Position numbers and translations under genes: made by a program. From Enterobacteria phage vB_EcoM_IME540, in sequence record MT150133.1: a stretch of 64,000 bases of DNA, one strand, 5' to 3'. Numbering within the stretch: position 1 is the stretch's first letter; each line of letters opens with the position of its first letter. Positions 18,853-28,620 of this stretch are shown piece after piece. Under the pieces are notes generated by a model that did no database searches, had not been told where the DNA came from, and was given only the letters and a program-made list of their open reading frames with translations.

Positions 18853-19070
18853 CAACTAATACACCATACAGAGGTTCATGAGAAGACCTGAACTTAATAG
18901 GCTTATATGTAATAGTACCTTCATTTTCTGCTTTAATACGAGCGGCTTCAAATTGAAGAATCATCTCGTTTTTGTCAGATTTAATCTTATCAAAATCCAT
19001 CGAATTCGTCATTCATACAACCTCTTAAACTTTTTCGTATTCGTCTTTCATTAGCCGCCTGTCCACGTTA

Positions 19071-19271
19071 TCATCGTTGCCACCATTTCTTAAGTTGATG
19101 AGAATCTACCCAAACCTTGGCTACGGGCTCAATCCGAAAAATTCCATCGGAATACTGGCCGACCATTTTATATTCGGTTTCGGACTGCTTAATACAGATA
19201 TTACCGTATGAGCGAAGTCTAAAGGCGGCTCCAATAAGAAGCCGTTTAAAGGGTTTATTTACTAGGGCCAT
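19071..19271 (-). CDS. hypothetical protein (66 aa)
   Basis: ORF on the coding strand downstream of 55; no recognisable motifs. Confidence 0.35.
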   Translation of the reverse strand: MALVNKPFKRLLIGAAFRLRSYGNICIKQSETEYKMVGQYSDGIFRIEPVAKVWVDSHQLKKWWQR

Positions 19272-19566
19272 TGACGATTTCCCAAATTTGTTTGCGGGTA
19301 GATTCCCACATCAATTGAACAAGTTCATCAGTAACAGGTTGACGGTAAATACCACGTAATTTAATTAAAGCGTACTTATATGCTTCAAAGTTGTTTTCAA
19401 GTACAGCGCCTTGGGCATGGAGATTTAAACGACGGATTTCACGAGCATTCTTCTTAAGAATCTTGGCCGCTTGAGAATTAGCTTCTTTAATATTGTGCTC
19501 TTCTAAACGTTGCTGGGCTTCTTCAATTTGCTCATCAGTCAATTGAGAAATGTCATGGCTTTGCAT
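19255..19566 (-). CDS. hypothetical protein (103 aa)
   Basis: ORF in the 55.x region, tightly packed. Confidence 0.5.
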   Translation of the reverse strand: MQSHDISQLTDEQIEEAQQRLEEHNIKEANSQAAKILKKNAREIRRLNLHAQGAVLENNFEAYKYALIKLRGIYRQPVTDELVQLMWESTRKQIWEIVNGPSK

Positions 19567-19567
19567 A

Positions 19568-19834
19568 TTAATCCTTTGGAGTCAATTCAATAGTGAAGTA
19601 GAAATTAGCGTTCTCAACATGATAACGGTAATCTACGTTATTGTCAGGAGAAGTGAATTCAATATTCCTGACGTTAAGTGGGTCAATATCAATAGGAAGA
19701 CCTTTAACATCCCGTAATATCAATTTAATAAAATAAGGGAGTGCTTCAAAGTCTTCCATTCCATCTAAAAGTGGAGTGATATTAATCTGATGTTCCATAT
19801 AAAAAATCCAGTTCACCAACTTTAGGTTCGGCAC
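19568..19834 (-). CDS. hypothetical protein (start uncertain)
   Basis: 88 aa ORF overlapping the 3' end of gene 55; ORF-track start is GTG. Confidence 0.45.
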   Translation of the reverse strand: MPNLKLVNWIFYMEHQINITPLLDGMEDFEALPYFIKLILRDVKGLPIDIDPLNVRNIEFTSPDNNVDYRYHVENANFYFTIELTPKD

Positions 19835-20339
19835 TCTTATCAGACCCTGGCGCTTTAGTTAAAGAGGTTTCATACTGTGTCATTTTATCGTAGATATCTT
19901 GGATAAAGGTTTCATCTGCAATACCTACCATATCGTCATCATTACTGTCATAGACATTATGGACGAAGTAGCTATATTTCTTTGCCATTTCTTTACGTTC
20001 TTTTTTGATACGCTGAACGAAGGCATTAAAACAAGCCATAGTGATATATGCATGCGGGTTGTCGTATTTTGTTTCGTCGAAGTTGTGAAGACCTTTAATC
20101 GAAGCTTCGATTCCATCAGCAATCATTTCTTGCTTCCAAGATTGGGTATATCCTGAGAAGTTGAAACGTTTACTTAGTCCTTCAGCAATGAGCATAATAG
20201 CCAAGCCGATAACGTCGTTCTGGCGAACTATTTTATTAGGATCGGTATTTTCTCTAAGCTCTGTTTTCCATTGGGTAATAGCTTTCAGAAGCTCCTTATT
20301 ATTTACATAGTTATTTTTAGTCAGTTTAATTTCGGTCAT
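19782..20339 (-). CDS. 55: late-transcription sigma factor gp55
   Basis: 185 aa; NYVNNKELL...[46 protein letters not shown] matches T4 gp55. Confidence 0.95.
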   Translation of the reverse strand: MTEIKLTKNNYVNNKELLKAITQWKTELRENTDPNKIVRQNDVIGLAIMLIAEGLSKRFNFSGYTQSWKQEMIADGIEASIKGLHNFDETKYDNPHAYITMACFNAFVQRIKKERKEMAKKYSYFVHNVYDSNDDDMVGIADETFIQDIYDKMTQYETSLTKAPGSDKSAEPKVGELDFLYGTSD

Positions 20340-20405
20340 TGTTACCTCAGATAACTCAAATCATAGGTCTATTATATCATAGTATTTGAAGACCCTTTTA
20401 AAGCA

Positions 20406-20669
20406 TCAACGGAGTAAGCAATAAGCCTGAAATACGGTTTCAAGGATTTGTGTGAACTCGGAATAAGAAATTGTATCAGTACATCCATGTTCAGACATAT
20501 ATCCACAAAATTCTTTAAAAAGACCTGGATATTCGCGATGGTTGTATTTGGAAATATGAGACTTCCATACTAAAGAAGTCTCACCACAAACAAACTCAAC
20601 ATCCATACAGTTATCTATTAAGAAAAATCCGAGACCTTCGTAGGCGAGGGTGGTGGATATGGGTTTCAT
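20406..20669 (-). CDS. hypothetical protein (87 aa)
   Basis: coding-strand ORF. Confidence 0.45.
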   Translation of the reverse strand: MKPISTTLAYEGLGFFLIDNCMDVEFVCGETSLVWKSHISKYNHREYPGLFKEFCGYMSEHGCTDTISYSEFTQILETVFQAYCLLR

Positions 20670-20932
20670 TGTAGGAATCGAGCTCCTTCCAAGGCATCAT
20701 CTAGGTTATCGAACTCGTCGACGTAATCAACACCGCCAACCTCATCTTTTGCATACAGCCAATACTGTTTAAACTCGTATTCAATAATAAAGTGGTCGCC
20801 TTCAATTTGAAGAACCCCATCACCATTAAATTGAACTGCATAACCTGTAAAGCGGACATCATTCAAGAGTTCTTCTTTCATAGCAATCATTTCCAAGTTT
20901 TTATCGTAATTAGAGAGTTTTATTTTAATCAT
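20666..20932 (-). CDS. hypothetical protein (88 aa)
   Basis: coding-strand ORF, 4-nt overlap coupling. Confidence 0.5.
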   Translation of the reverse strand: MIKIKLSNYDKNLEMIAMKEELLNDVRFTGYAVQFNGDGVLQIEGDHFIIEYEFKQYWLYAKDEVGGVDYVDEFDNLDDALEGARFLQ

Positions 20933-21258
20933 TTCGCTGCCTTAACAATTTTCAGGTCAACGAATTTTTTCTTACGTTGGTTTTTCATACGACGGATAGT
21001 TTTATCAGAGATTTCACCAGGGGCCCAAGCTTTAGATTCTACACCAAAGGCAGCGACATCGAATTCATCGAGGATATATTGAACCAGAATTTCACGAATA
21101 CCGTTCTTACCAATTTTCTGGTCTTTAGAGTGCATGATAGGTAACAGTTCAGCAACCCATTGGTCAAGAACCTGAGGAGTTACAAAACCAGTTTTCATCA
21201 GTTCGTTTACTTTATCGAAAGCGAAAGAGTTCAGTACGTTTTTAATAGCTTGTGACAT
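20929..21258 (-). CDS. hypothetical protein (~110 aa)
   Basis: start trimmed to MSQAIKNV with GAGGAAA SD, downstream of a consensus early promoter at 21299-21327. Confidence 0.5.
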   Translation of the reverse strand: MSQAIKNVLNSFAFDKVNELMKTGFVTPQVLDQWVAELLPIMHSKDQKIGKNGIREILVQYILDEFDVAAFGVESKAWAPGEISDKTIRRMKNQRKKKFVDLKIVKAAK

Positions 21259-21298
21259 AATAATTTCCTCAGTTTTAAATTTATAATCCGTAGGACCA

Positions 21299-21327
21299 TT
21301 ATACTCTGGTCCCAAGAGTTTGTAAAC
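21299..21327 (-). promoter_or_regulatory. early promoter (GTTTAC-N18-TATAAT) with -10 inside an inverted repeat
   Basis: rc GTTTACAAACTCTTGGGACCAGAGTATAATGGTCC; inverted repeat GGACCA...TGGTCC brackets the -10. Confidence 0.55.
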
Positions 21328-21527
21328 TATTTTTGTGTTTTGGCGCCTTTCCAACCTTCATACATCATTGCTGCGGAAATTAACAAAGCACCTGAGCAAC
21401 TTGAATATTTGTGATTCCAAAACCAGTTCAGAAAAACTTCATCATCAATACCTTGGGCCATCATATTTTCAAAGAACTGACGACGGGCTTCAGCAATTCG
21501 CTGTGATAATTTAGATTCAGGATTCAT
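21327..21527 (-). CDS. hypothetical protein (66 aa)
   Basis: coding-strand ORF. Confidence 0.4.
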   Translation of the reverse strand: MNPESKLSQRIAEARRQFFENMMAQGIDDEVFLNWFWNHKYSSCSGALLISAAMMYEGWKGAKTQK

Positions 21528-21659
21528 TTAAATTTTCCAATTGCCATTTTCATCAATGAATTTAACCCAGTCATTTACTGACCACTTGGTTGTATCGCCT
21601 TTTGGAGCAGAATTTAAAGTATATAGTCCTTGCTTAAAAAGCATTCGTTTGATATTCAT
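21528..21659 (-). CDS. hypothetical protein (~43 aa; may extend to 21752)
   Basis: internal ATG preceded by TGAGGAAAAT, overlapping the stop of the upstream ORF. Confidence 0.35.
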   Translation of the reverse strand: MNIKRMLFKQGLYTLNSAPKGDTTKWSVNDWVKFIDENGNWKI

Positions 21660-21666
21660 ATTTTCC

Positions 21667-21960
21667 TCAGCTGTAACGATAGCACTCGTTTGATTTACGT
21701 TTTGCAACTCGATGAGAAGTATTGTAATCAGGTTCATCATCGTTGTAAACATCTTTTTTCAGCTTTCTTACTTCTTTACGAAGCTGTCGATTCATTTCAT
21801 TCTTAACTTCAGAATCAACGCCTCTCATACGTTTCCACTTGTCAGAACGGAAGATATTTTCTTCAACCAAATCCTGACTTACGCCGTCTGGTGCTTTACG
21901 ACGTCCGGAATAATAAAAATCTTTTACAGACAATTCTTTACGACGGATAGTTTTACCCAT
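21667..21960 (-). CDS. hypothetical basic protein (97 aa)
   Basis: Lys/Arg-rich ORF. Confidence 0.5.
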   Translation of the reverse strand: MGKTIRRKELSVKDFYYSGRRKAPDGVSQDLVEENIFRSDKWKRMRGVDSEVKNEMNRQLRKEVRKLKKDVYNDDEPDYNTSHRVAKRKSNECYRYS

Positions 21961-21962
21961 AG

Positions 21963-22217
21963 TTACCTCAGCAGTTTGTATCCAATAAGATTTTTAATGT
22001 ATTGGACATCTTTGACATCCAAATCCAACTTAATATCTTTCAGGCGTTCAGCCAGAGTAAGAAATGTTACACGTTTCCAATTCTTAACAGGACAGCAATA
22101 AGTTTTTGGGCCGTTAGCGATTTCAATATTTTTATCAGTGATGGTGAGAAAAATCAGGCGCTCATCATCCAGATTAAGGGTGACGATATTTTTCATTGAA
22201 TGTAATTTCAGGCTCAT
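21963..22217 (-). CDS. hypothetical protein (84 aa)
   Basis: ATGA coupling to the upstream small ORF. Confidence 0.5.
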   Translation of the reverse strand: MSLKLHSMKNIVTLNLDDERLIFLTITDKNIEIANGPKTYCCPVKNWKRVTFLTLAERLKDIKLDLDVKDVQYIKNLIGYKLLR

Positions 22218-22390
22218 AATTTGATTTCCTTAGCTATCGAACAAAATACACCACGGTCACAAATCATTTTAATATTAAGATCAATTATGATATACCACAC
22301 ATCCAGGCTAGATATTTCAGTTACTAGAACAGCTTTGCCGTTGATTGAATAATACTGGTCGACTTTAATTTCTTTATCTTGGATAGTCAT
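22214..22390 (-). CDS. hypothetical protein (58 aa, below ORF-track cutoff)
   Basis: ATG with GAGGAG SD just downstream of a promoter element; stop overlaps next start (ATGA). Confidence 0.45.
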   Translation of the reverse strand: MTIQDKEIKVDQYYSINGKAVLVTEISSLDVWYIIIDLNIKMICDRGVFCSIAKEIKL

Positions 22391-22419
22391 AATGTTCTCC
22401 TCATGTGTTGATAGGATAG

Positions 22420-22448
22420 ACTATAACACATGAGGAGAGGAAGTAAAC
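22420..22448 (-). promoter_or_regulatory. early promoter element (GTTTAC-N17-TATAGT)
   Basis: rc GTTTACTTCCTCTCCTCATGTGTTATAGT. Confidence 0.5.
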
Positions 22449-22449
22449 A

Positions 22450-22815
22450 CTAATCTTCAATTAAATCTCGGTCATAACCAAGTTCAATCAAAAGTGACTT
22501 AAAGGCAGGAATATTTTCTATTTTCTTATTATCGACAAAGATGACAGGATAGCGTATCGCTAAGCTCTTGAAACCGGCGCGTTTGGCCAATGATACTATA
22601 AGAGGCTTGTCATATACTGCGCCTGACGGCGTCTGGTTAATCACAGGATAGAAAGTATGTGGGATAGAAAGGGAATTTAGGAGCGATAGAACTGCAATGC
22701 ACCCTGGACAGCGCATGACTGTCTCAGGGATGCCATAGATTTCGATTTTAGTTAACTTTTGGTCCACAGGAAATAACTCCTTGGTAGTCCCAAGTTTTGA
22801 TAACTTCGTCTTCAT
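22450..22815 (-). CDS. glutaredoxin/NrdH-like redoxin (start uncertain)
   Basis: CPGC active-site motif after a beta-strand (KIEIYGIP); C-terminal YPVIFVDNKKIENIP resembles the glutaredoxin fold; upstream extension to 22911 is possible. Confidence 0.45.
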   Translation of the reverse strand: MKTKLSKLGTTKELFPVDQKLTKIEIYGIPETVMRCPGCIAVLSLLNSLSIPHTFYPVINQTPSGAVYDKPLIVSLAKRAGFKSLAIRYPVIFVDNKKIENIPAFKSLLIELGYDRDLIED

Positions 22816-23044
22816 TAGTTCTGTATGGGACGTAAATCTGTACAAGGAAACCTGTGTCATCAAAAGAGAAGTAGACAGTAGGTTTAATACCATGAATCTC
22901 TGACAGAGCATAGATGTCTTTAAGGTCTTCTTCCTTACCTTTAAAGAATTCAGGGTTCAGGTCACAGTCATGGAAGTACCAGTCATCACCGAACTTTTCC
23001 CAAGTGGTCCAATTCAAAGCTACATACTCTTCAAAACGTTTCAT
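22748..23044 (-). CDS. hypothetical protein (98 aa)
   Basis: ORF; its 3' end overlaps the redoxin-like ORF in another frame. Confidence 0.45.
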   Translation of the reverse strand: MKRFEEYVALNWTTWEKFGDDWYFHDCDLNPEFFKGKEEDLKDIYALSEIHGIKPTVYFSFDDTGFLVQIYVPYRTNEDEVIKTWDYQGVISCGPKVN

Positions 23045-23268
23045 TCTTTCACCTTCATCATTTTTGCAATAACACTATGAACAGCCTGGATTCGTTTGTC
23101 GAACTCGGCCCCTTCAAGACCTTTTTCAGTACTCAGAGCACCAATAATCATGAACAGCAATCCAAACGGAATAGCCAGGATTAAAAGGCATACGATAAAC
23201 AGAACCAATGTTATATTAGCCAGGATATCAGAAACAGCATTACGAAATTTATTCATACGATAGTCCAT
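23041..23268 (-). CDS. small membrane protein (75 aa)
   Basis: one long hydrophobic segment ITLVLFIVCLLILAIPFGLLFMIIGAL. Confidence 0.5.
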   Translation of the reverse strand: MDYRMNKFRNAVSDILANITLVLFIVCLLILAIPFGLLFMIIGALSTEKGLEGAEFDKRIQAVHSVIAKMMKVKE

Positions 23269-23362
23269 GTATTAGTTACAACAAATAACCATTGAGCAGG
23301 ATACTCAACACCCATGCGCCGGATAATATCATTCATAGATTCGGTTAAGCCATAAAAATTAA

Positions 23363-23836
23363 TCATTTAAGCGATTTCCTCAGTTGTTTTTTGAATGAAT
23401 CCACCATTTGTTTCTTAGTGTCAGATTCATTATAAGTCATTCCATGTGAAAGCATTTCAGCAATCATTTCTTCCTTACCCAACCTGCTGAACTCTTTGGT
23501 TTTATCAGGAACGAAATTAGGATGAATATTGTTTTCAGTATAATCAGCTTTCAGATAGACCAGCAAATTCTCTAACCATTCGAGGTAGTCAACGTTTTGA
23601 CCTTTAAGACCAGAACGGTTGAACTTATGCTTCATTTGTCCTTCTGCAGCATTGCACAGGTTACATAGTAAACCACGAACCTTACCGGCTTTTGGCCCGT
23701 TTAACTCGTGGTCGTGGTCAAGGTGGTTACTTTGAACATCAGGGTTTAATTCACGTTTACAAATCAAACACTTACCACATTGTGCATCATAAAGTTTTTG
23801 TTTTTCTTCTTTGTATAATTTGCCGGTCAACAACAT
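23363..23836 (-). CDS. 49: endonuclease VII (Holliday junction resolvase) gp49
   Basis: 157 aa; MLLTGKLYKEEKQK...HLDHDHELNGPKAGKVRGLLCNLCNAAEGQ nearly identical to T4 endo VII. Confidence 0.95.
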   Translation of the reverse strand: MLLTGKLYKEEKQKLYDAQCGKCLICKRELNPDVQSNHLDHDHELNGPKAGKVRGLLCNLCNAAEGQMKHKFNRSGLKGQNVDYLEWLENLLVYLKADYTENNIHPNFVPDKTKEFSRLGKEEMIAEMLSHGMTYNESDTKKQMVDSFKKQLRKSLK

Positions 23837-23871
23837 AATAAACCCTTACCATTATTAGATAAGGGTATTTA

Positions 23872-24081
23872 TTATTTTTCAAATGTACTATAAAACGAGC
23901 GATGCAACCGTTTAAATTGTCGAAGCATCTTTTTAGTAGGACGGGTGTATAATCCTACACAGGTGGCCATAAACTGGTCGGTAGGACTTCCTTTAATAAG
24001 AAGTTTCCAGACCTTACCACCGTTTAACTTTTCGGTATAAATCAATTCAGTTTTCATAGTAAAACCCAAACTCCATATCAA
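23872..24081 (-). CDS. hypothetical protein (69 aa)
   Basis: coding-strand ORF. Confidence 0.4.
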   Translation of the reverse strand: MIWSLGFTMKTELIYTEKLNGGKVWKLLIKGSPTDQFMATCVGLYTRPTKKMLRQFKRLHRSFYSTFEK

Positions 24082-24179
24082 TTAAATCATTGTTTGAAGG
24101 TTCATTATACTCTATTTCGGAATCGTTGTAAACAGGTTCCTCTGGCTCGACAGTTTCCCATCGAGCGGTATACCATGGC

Positions 24180-24488
24180 TTAACGGTCACACCACCAACT
24201 ACTTACTTCAAAATCAGGTTCACCGTGTTCCCAGTACCAAGGGCCGACTGGATGCCAATCACCGTGTTCATCTTCTTCAAATTCTTCAGATTCAAGCCCA
24301 ACGTATTGCCATTGGACTTCATAAGCAGTACCACCGATTACAACGGTGTTCTCGCCATATGGATGGGCTACAACAAAGTCAATACCTTCTGCTTTGGCTA
24401 ACCAAACCATATATTCGTATAGTTTATATTCCAGGTCATCTTCGGTGCCATCACCTAGAAAAATGGTTTGTTCGTTTAATTCAATCAT
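24180..24488 (-). CDS. hypothetical acidic protein (102 aa)
   Basis: coding-strand ORF, Trp/Glu rich. Confidence 0.5.
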   Translation of the reverse strand: MIELNEQTIFLGDGTEDDLEYKLYEYMVWLAKAEGIDFVVAHPYGENTVVIGGTAYEVQWQYVGLESEEFEEDEHGDWHPVGPWYWEHGEPDFEVSSWWCDR

Positions 24489-24673
24489 AACTCCACCATA
24501 AATTCAAATAGCTGGCCATGTACACAGGTATCAGTCCAACCCCATTCGTTGGCTTCTTCTTTTAACCAATCCGGGAGATTTGCCAATACGGTTTCTTTAC
24601 TAGGCGCAGGAGTATTAAACTCACTTGCAAACTCTCTTGCGCAGGTTTCATAAGCTGTATCAAATTCGGTCAT
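24485..24673 (-). CDS. hypothetical protein (62 aa)
   Basis: coupled ORF (ATGA overlap). Confidence 0.45.
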   Translation of the reverse strand: MTEFDTAYETCAREFASEFNTPAPSKETVLANLPDWLKEEANEWGWTDTCVHGQLFEFMVEL

Positions 24674-24831
24674 TTAAAGTTCCAGAATGAAGCACCAACC
24701 AGAAATAAAGGCCAACAAATCATAGACGTCAGCCACCAACAAAAATCACCGGAATCATCTAATTTAGCTAGGGTCTTAGCATAACCAATACCGATGATAA
24801 GATACAAAACAACCAACATTAATTCAATCAT
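24670..24831 (-). CDS. small membrane protein (53 aa, below ORF-track cutoff)
   Basis: ATGA overlap with the nrdC stop; two hydrophobic segments. Confidence 0.4.
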   Translation of the reverse strand: MIELMLVVLYLIIGIGYAKTLAKLDDSGDFCWWLTSMICWPLFLVGASFWNFK

Positions 24832-25091
24832 TTGAAATAAGCTCGCAGTCGGTCAAAGCCACCAATAGAAGTTCCGTCCGGAGCAAATACCTGAGGCATA
24901 GTCAAACCTACCTGAGATTCGCGACCAAGAGCAGTCAAGAGTTCAGCAATCTTCTCATCATCAAATACACCTTTTTCCGGCATCACGTTAATGAATTCGT
25001 AAGGTTGTTTCTTAACATCAAGCAGACGTTTGGCATTATCACAGAAAACACAACGGTGGATATTTGAATCGTAACCATAAACTTTAAACAT
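24828..25091 (-). CDS. nrdC: thioredoxin/glutaredoxin NrdC
   Basis: 87 aa; MFKVYGYDSNIHRCVFCDNAKRLL... near-identical to T4 NrdC, CVFC active site. Confidence 0.9.
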   Translation of the reverse strand: MFKVYGYDSNIHRCVFCDNAKRLLDVKKQPYEFINVMPEKGVFDDEKIAELLTALGRESQVGLTMPQVFAPDGTSIGGFDRLRAYFK

Positions 25092-25092
25092 T

Positions 25093-25329
25093 TTAAATTC
25101 CTAATATTTGTTTGAATGCTTCAGAACGGTCGAGTTCTGTTCCATATTTTTCCATGTGCTCATATTTTAAATTATACACATCAGATAGTATATTATTATA
25201 CGAGCGAGTTAAAGCAGATTTTAAAACTGAATAACTGTCTGGGAATTTACCATGCTCTTTATAATAAGCTAGGGTAAGTTCGCGGACCGCCTTATCGGCC
25301 GCCTCTACATATTCTTTGCGCTTTGCCAT
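25093..25329 (-). CDS. hypothetical protein (~78 aa)
   Basis: start trimmed to MAKRKEY; N-terminal extension in the ORF track looks non-coding. Confidence 0.4.
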   Translation of the reverse strand: MAKRKEYVEAADKAVRELTLAYYKEHGKFPDSYSVLKSALTRSYNNILSDVYNLKYEHMEKYGTELDRSEAFKQILGI

Positions 25330-25627
25330 TTTCGTCTCGCTCAAATCGGTGTTTACAATGACGGCATTTGTAACGAAGATTACTAGTCTGCCAATGGACC
25401 AATTGGACCTGTTCTGTACCGCACTCAGGACAGTTAGGAACATCCTTAGAAGCTTGTTCTCGTCGTGCGACCATAGCCATTACAGCATCCCAATTAACGG
25501 CATCACCATAATCATCACAACCATGAATTTTACCAACCAATTCAACTTCAACATCCTCGGCTTTAATAAATTTCAATAAACCAGTATTAGATGCTGAAGC
25601 AATATCTTCAGCTAAACGTTGTTTCAT
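25292..25627 (-). CDS. zinc-ribbon protein (111 aa)
   Basis: CPECG...CRHC four-Cys motif. Confidence 0.5.
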   Translation of the reverse strand: MKQRLAEDIASASNTGLLKFIKAEDVEVELVGKIHGCDDYGDAVNWDAVMAMVARREQASKDVPNCPECGTEQVQLVHWQTSNLRYKCRHCKHRFERDENGKAQRICRGGR

Positions 25628-26634
25628 TTCAGCAGCTCCAGAGCCTGTTCAAGACGGTCTAAACGATTGGTAGACTCTTCCCAAAGTTTCTTGGCGGCGG
25701 TATATTGGCCAGTCAGTTTTTTGTTGATAGCAAGGGCGTCTTTATACGCTTTTTCCAAGGCAACGACTTCCGGTAACTTGGATTTAGTAATTGGTGTAGG
25801 GGCCATGATAGGGCTGTTCAAGTCGTTAATCAAGTCTTCTAATGTAGCAGGCTCTTTATCAGTGTTCACAATTTCCTCACATTTTTCTTTGTAAATTTCA
25901 GCATCAGTTTTTGGAACGGTACATTTGATTTCACGGACTGTTACTAAGACCTCATATCCTTTCCAGCCTAAGTGGTGTTTAACTTCTTGGGTCTCATATT
26001 TCTCTACGGTATCCATCAGAGCTAAAGCTTGTTCGATAGTATTCAAGGTATCGTAAGCAATATCTTGATACTTTACAACTTCCGCATCATCTTTAGGTTT
26101 CCTATTAGGTGACCAAATAACAGAAATAATAGCTTTTCCTTTATAACTATTTGTTTTAATCATGCAATTAGCCATCGGGTGAATAGTACGACAATCACCG
26201 GAAACTATAGTTTTAGAGGCCGCTTTGAGAATTAATGCAGAGTTAGCCTTGAATTCGCTAACCCAACGTTGCGGAAATAAACTATTAGGGTCCATACCTT
26301 TAATTTTGATATAACCTTTTATGGTATCACCAAACCATTTGTAGCTAACAACACGGTTGGAACCTGGATATTTCTCTTTACCGAACTCAGAAAGGATGTC
26401 CTTATTGACCAGGCGCGAAAGCAGTCGAGAACCTTTAAATGTTTTAATGATATCATGAATGCACAAACGGCCTGCAATCTTTTCGATTTCAGCTTTGAAA
26501 CAGCGCGATAATGCATCATCAATTTGGTCGACCCATTTATTGATATTAGAAACTATTACCTCGTATGGGGTTAACGGAGGGGTGTTGGTAGTGATATACG
26601 TAGTAAAGGCATTGATGTATTCAGTACGAGTCAT
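25624..26634 (-). CDS. hypothetical protein (~336 aa) with C-terminal coiled coil
   Basis: start trimmed to MTRTEYINAF with GAGGAG SD downstream of the promoter at 26662-26690. Confidence 0.55.
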   Translation of the reverse strand: MTRTEYINAFTTYITTNTPPLTPYEVIVSNINKWVDQIDDALSRCFKAEIEKIAGRLCIHDIIKTFKGSRLLSRLVNKDILSEFGKEKYPGSNRVVSYKWFGDTIKGYIKIKGMDPNSLFPQRWVSEFKANSALILKAASKTIVSGDCRTIHPMANCMIKTNSYKGKAIISVIWSPNRKPKDDAEVVKYQDIAYDTLNTIEQALALMDTVEKYETQEVKHHLGWKGYEVLVTVREIKCTVPKTDAEIYKEKCEEIVNTDKEPATLEDLINDLNSPIMAPTPITKSKLPEVVALEKAYKDALAINKKLTGQYTAAKKLWEESTNRLDRLEQALELLK

Positions 26635-26661
26635 GATATTCTCCTCAGTAGATTTAAAAAG

Positions 26662-26690
26662 ATTATACTCCATCCGTCCTTGGATGTAAA
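26662..26690 (-). promoter_or_regulatory. early promoter (GTTTAC-N17-TATAAT)
   Basis: rc GTTTACATCCAAGGACGGATGGAGTATAAT. Confidence 0.55.
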
Positions 26691-26692
26691 CA

Positions 26693-27574
26693 TTATTTTA
26701 GAGCTAATACTGCCGCGCTAAGCTTGTCACGCTGGATTTCCATGTTCTTGATGCGAATCAATACGTCTTGAATACTCTTTTTCTCATCTTCGATCTGGCC
26801 GTTTAAACGGTGGATTGATTCCTGGAGGTGGTCCTCATGATACTTCTCGATAGGTTTCATCGTAGGGTTAGTAACAACCAAAGAATTATCAGGTTTAATT
26901 TTCCAATGATACGGTTCAGAATTGAATGGACTCGGTACAGCCGTGGTTTTGAATCTGTCATAGGCTGCATACTGGCCTACGCTGTCACATGATACTGCAG
27001 AGATACGTCGTTCCATTTCCGGTTCCTTTTGTTGGGATTGATAAGGGGCATAAGACAAAAGATATTCACGAGTTAGTTTAACATTAAAATACACTGCATC
27101 GGGCCGTCCGGAACAATCAGCATATTCATCTGTTGTAACCTTATATGATTCTACAGCCTTAATACGGGTCATTGCTTCCCTGAATAAGGTTTCAAATGCT
27201 TCACGAAGGGCCTTATTACCTTTTGAGGTAGGACGGAAACGAACTTGAATGCCGTCATTCAGAATATTAATGACTAGGTTACGAGCCGTAAAATTAATAT
27301 TCTTGATATTGACAGGAACCGTAGAAATACGTCCCGCGGTAGCCAAGAGGTCTTTGATATTAGCTCGCAATGTTACACCAAACAGGTGGGCTGGGCCACG
27401 GCAATAATCGTTCAAAGAACTAATATAAGTCCCTTTACGACCTACACCATAAGTATAATTACCATTACAAATATGGCCGAAGTCGGCCAGCCGATCGATA
27501 GCGATACGCTTGGTTACACCAAAATCATATCGGGAATATTCTTTACGTGTTTTAATGTTCATATTAAAGTCCAA
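26693..27574 (-). CDS. hypothetical protein (293 aa)
   Basis: coding-strand ORF; C-terminal heptad-like region. Confidence 0.55.
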   Translation of the reverse strand: MDFNMNIKTRKEYSRYDFGVTKRIAIDRLADFGHICNGNYTYGVGRKGTYISSLNDYCRGPAHLFGVTLRANIKDLLATAGRISTVPVNIKNINFTARNLVINILNDGIQVRFRPTSKGNKALREAFETLFREAMTRIKAVESYKVTTDEYADCSGRPDAVYFNVKLTREYLLSYAPYQSQQKEPEMERRISAVSCDSVGQYAAYDRFKTTAVPSPFNSEPYHWKIKPDNSLVVTNPTMKPIEKYHEDHLQESIHRLNGQIEDEKKSIQDVLIRIKNMEIQRDKLSAAVLALK

Positions 27575-27779
27575 ATAATTTTTTATAGAATTTAGCCATA
27601 GGCCACACTATAGCCAGAACAATACCTGTAACCCAGAATATAGGCCAGGCGAGAGTAGTGAACACTGCATCATACTCATCACCTTTTTCAAAACAGCTGT
27701 CAAATTTGTGGATTAATACAGTAGTAATGAATCCTATCACAAGGTATCCAAAAATAGAACCAATAATTAAAGTAGCCAT
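27564..27779 (-). CDS. small membrane protein (71 aa)
   Basis: two hydrophobic helices. Confidence 0.5.
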   Translation of the reverse strand: MATLIIGSIFGYLVIGFITTVLIHKFDSCFEKGDEYDAVFTTLAWPIFWVTGIVLAIVWPMAKFYKKLFGL

Positions 27780-27780
27780 A

Positions 27781-28620
27781 TTAATCCTTAAGAAGATTTA
27801 GGATATCGATATATTTCTGGCGTTCAGCCTTGGCTTTAGCATTCAAACCAGAGAGTCGGAAAATCTCATCATCTTGTTGCTGAATTGTAACATTCAAGCA
27901 AGTAAGCAAATTGCTAAAATACTCGATTTGAGCTTGATGCTTCTCATTGCTGCGCACTGGTACAGGTTCCGGTTTAGGAGCTTCTGAATGACTCTTAACT
28001 TCATTACCTGGCTTAACAAGTTTAATACGCCAGCCTGTACTGGTATTAACATTATCGAAGGTAAGAATACCGCTACGTTCGAGTTCAGACAAAGCCAATC
28101 GAAGATGGAATTTCCAGTTGTCATATTGACAACCACTAAAAGTTGAAGTAAGATACTCGTTTTCGTTACCTGGTTGGTTGACAATATTAAAGATAATCCA
28201 ATCGCCTGAACCATTAGTCTTAAATGGCATTTGCTTATCTTTACCTAAAGCTAGACGAGCACCCAGTGCTAGTAAACGTCGTTGGTTAGTACGAAGGTCT
28301 TTAACAACTTCATCAAATGACATCGCCGGGATTAAACGACCATAGAGGTCATAGCCTTTGTTATAATTTCTAAGAATAATTCTGGCGTTAGCACGAGTCA
28401 ACATACCGGCCCTGTGAAGAGATTTCATGACTCGGTCTTCTAACGTAAACATCCTAGTCTTGTCAAAGATTTTAGTGAATTCATCTACAGAAATACAAAC
28501 TTCAAACTTTTCCCACATCATGGCCAAAACCTTTTCAACCACTTCTTTAGAACTCGGAATACGTCCGAATTTAACAACTTTTTTAACTTCAGAACGAATT
28601 TGATTAATTGCCTGTGACAT
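27781..28620 (-). CDS. hypothetical protein (279 aa)
   Basis: coding-strand ORF with AGGAAA-type SD. Confidence 0.55.
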   Translation of the reverse strand: MSQAINQIRSEVKKVVKFGRIPSSKEVVEKVLAMMWEKFEVCISVDEFTKIFDKTRMFTLEDRVMKSLHRAGMLTRANARIILRNYNKGYDLYGRLIPAMSFDEVVKDLRTNQRRLLALGARLALGKDKQMPFKTNGSGDWIIFNIVNQPGNENEYLTSTFSGCQYDNWKFHLRLALSELERSGILTFDNVNTSTGWRIKLVKPGNEVKSHSEAPKPEPVPVRSNEKHQAQIEYFSNLLTCLNVTIQQQDDEIFRLSGLNAKAKAERQKYIDILNLLKD

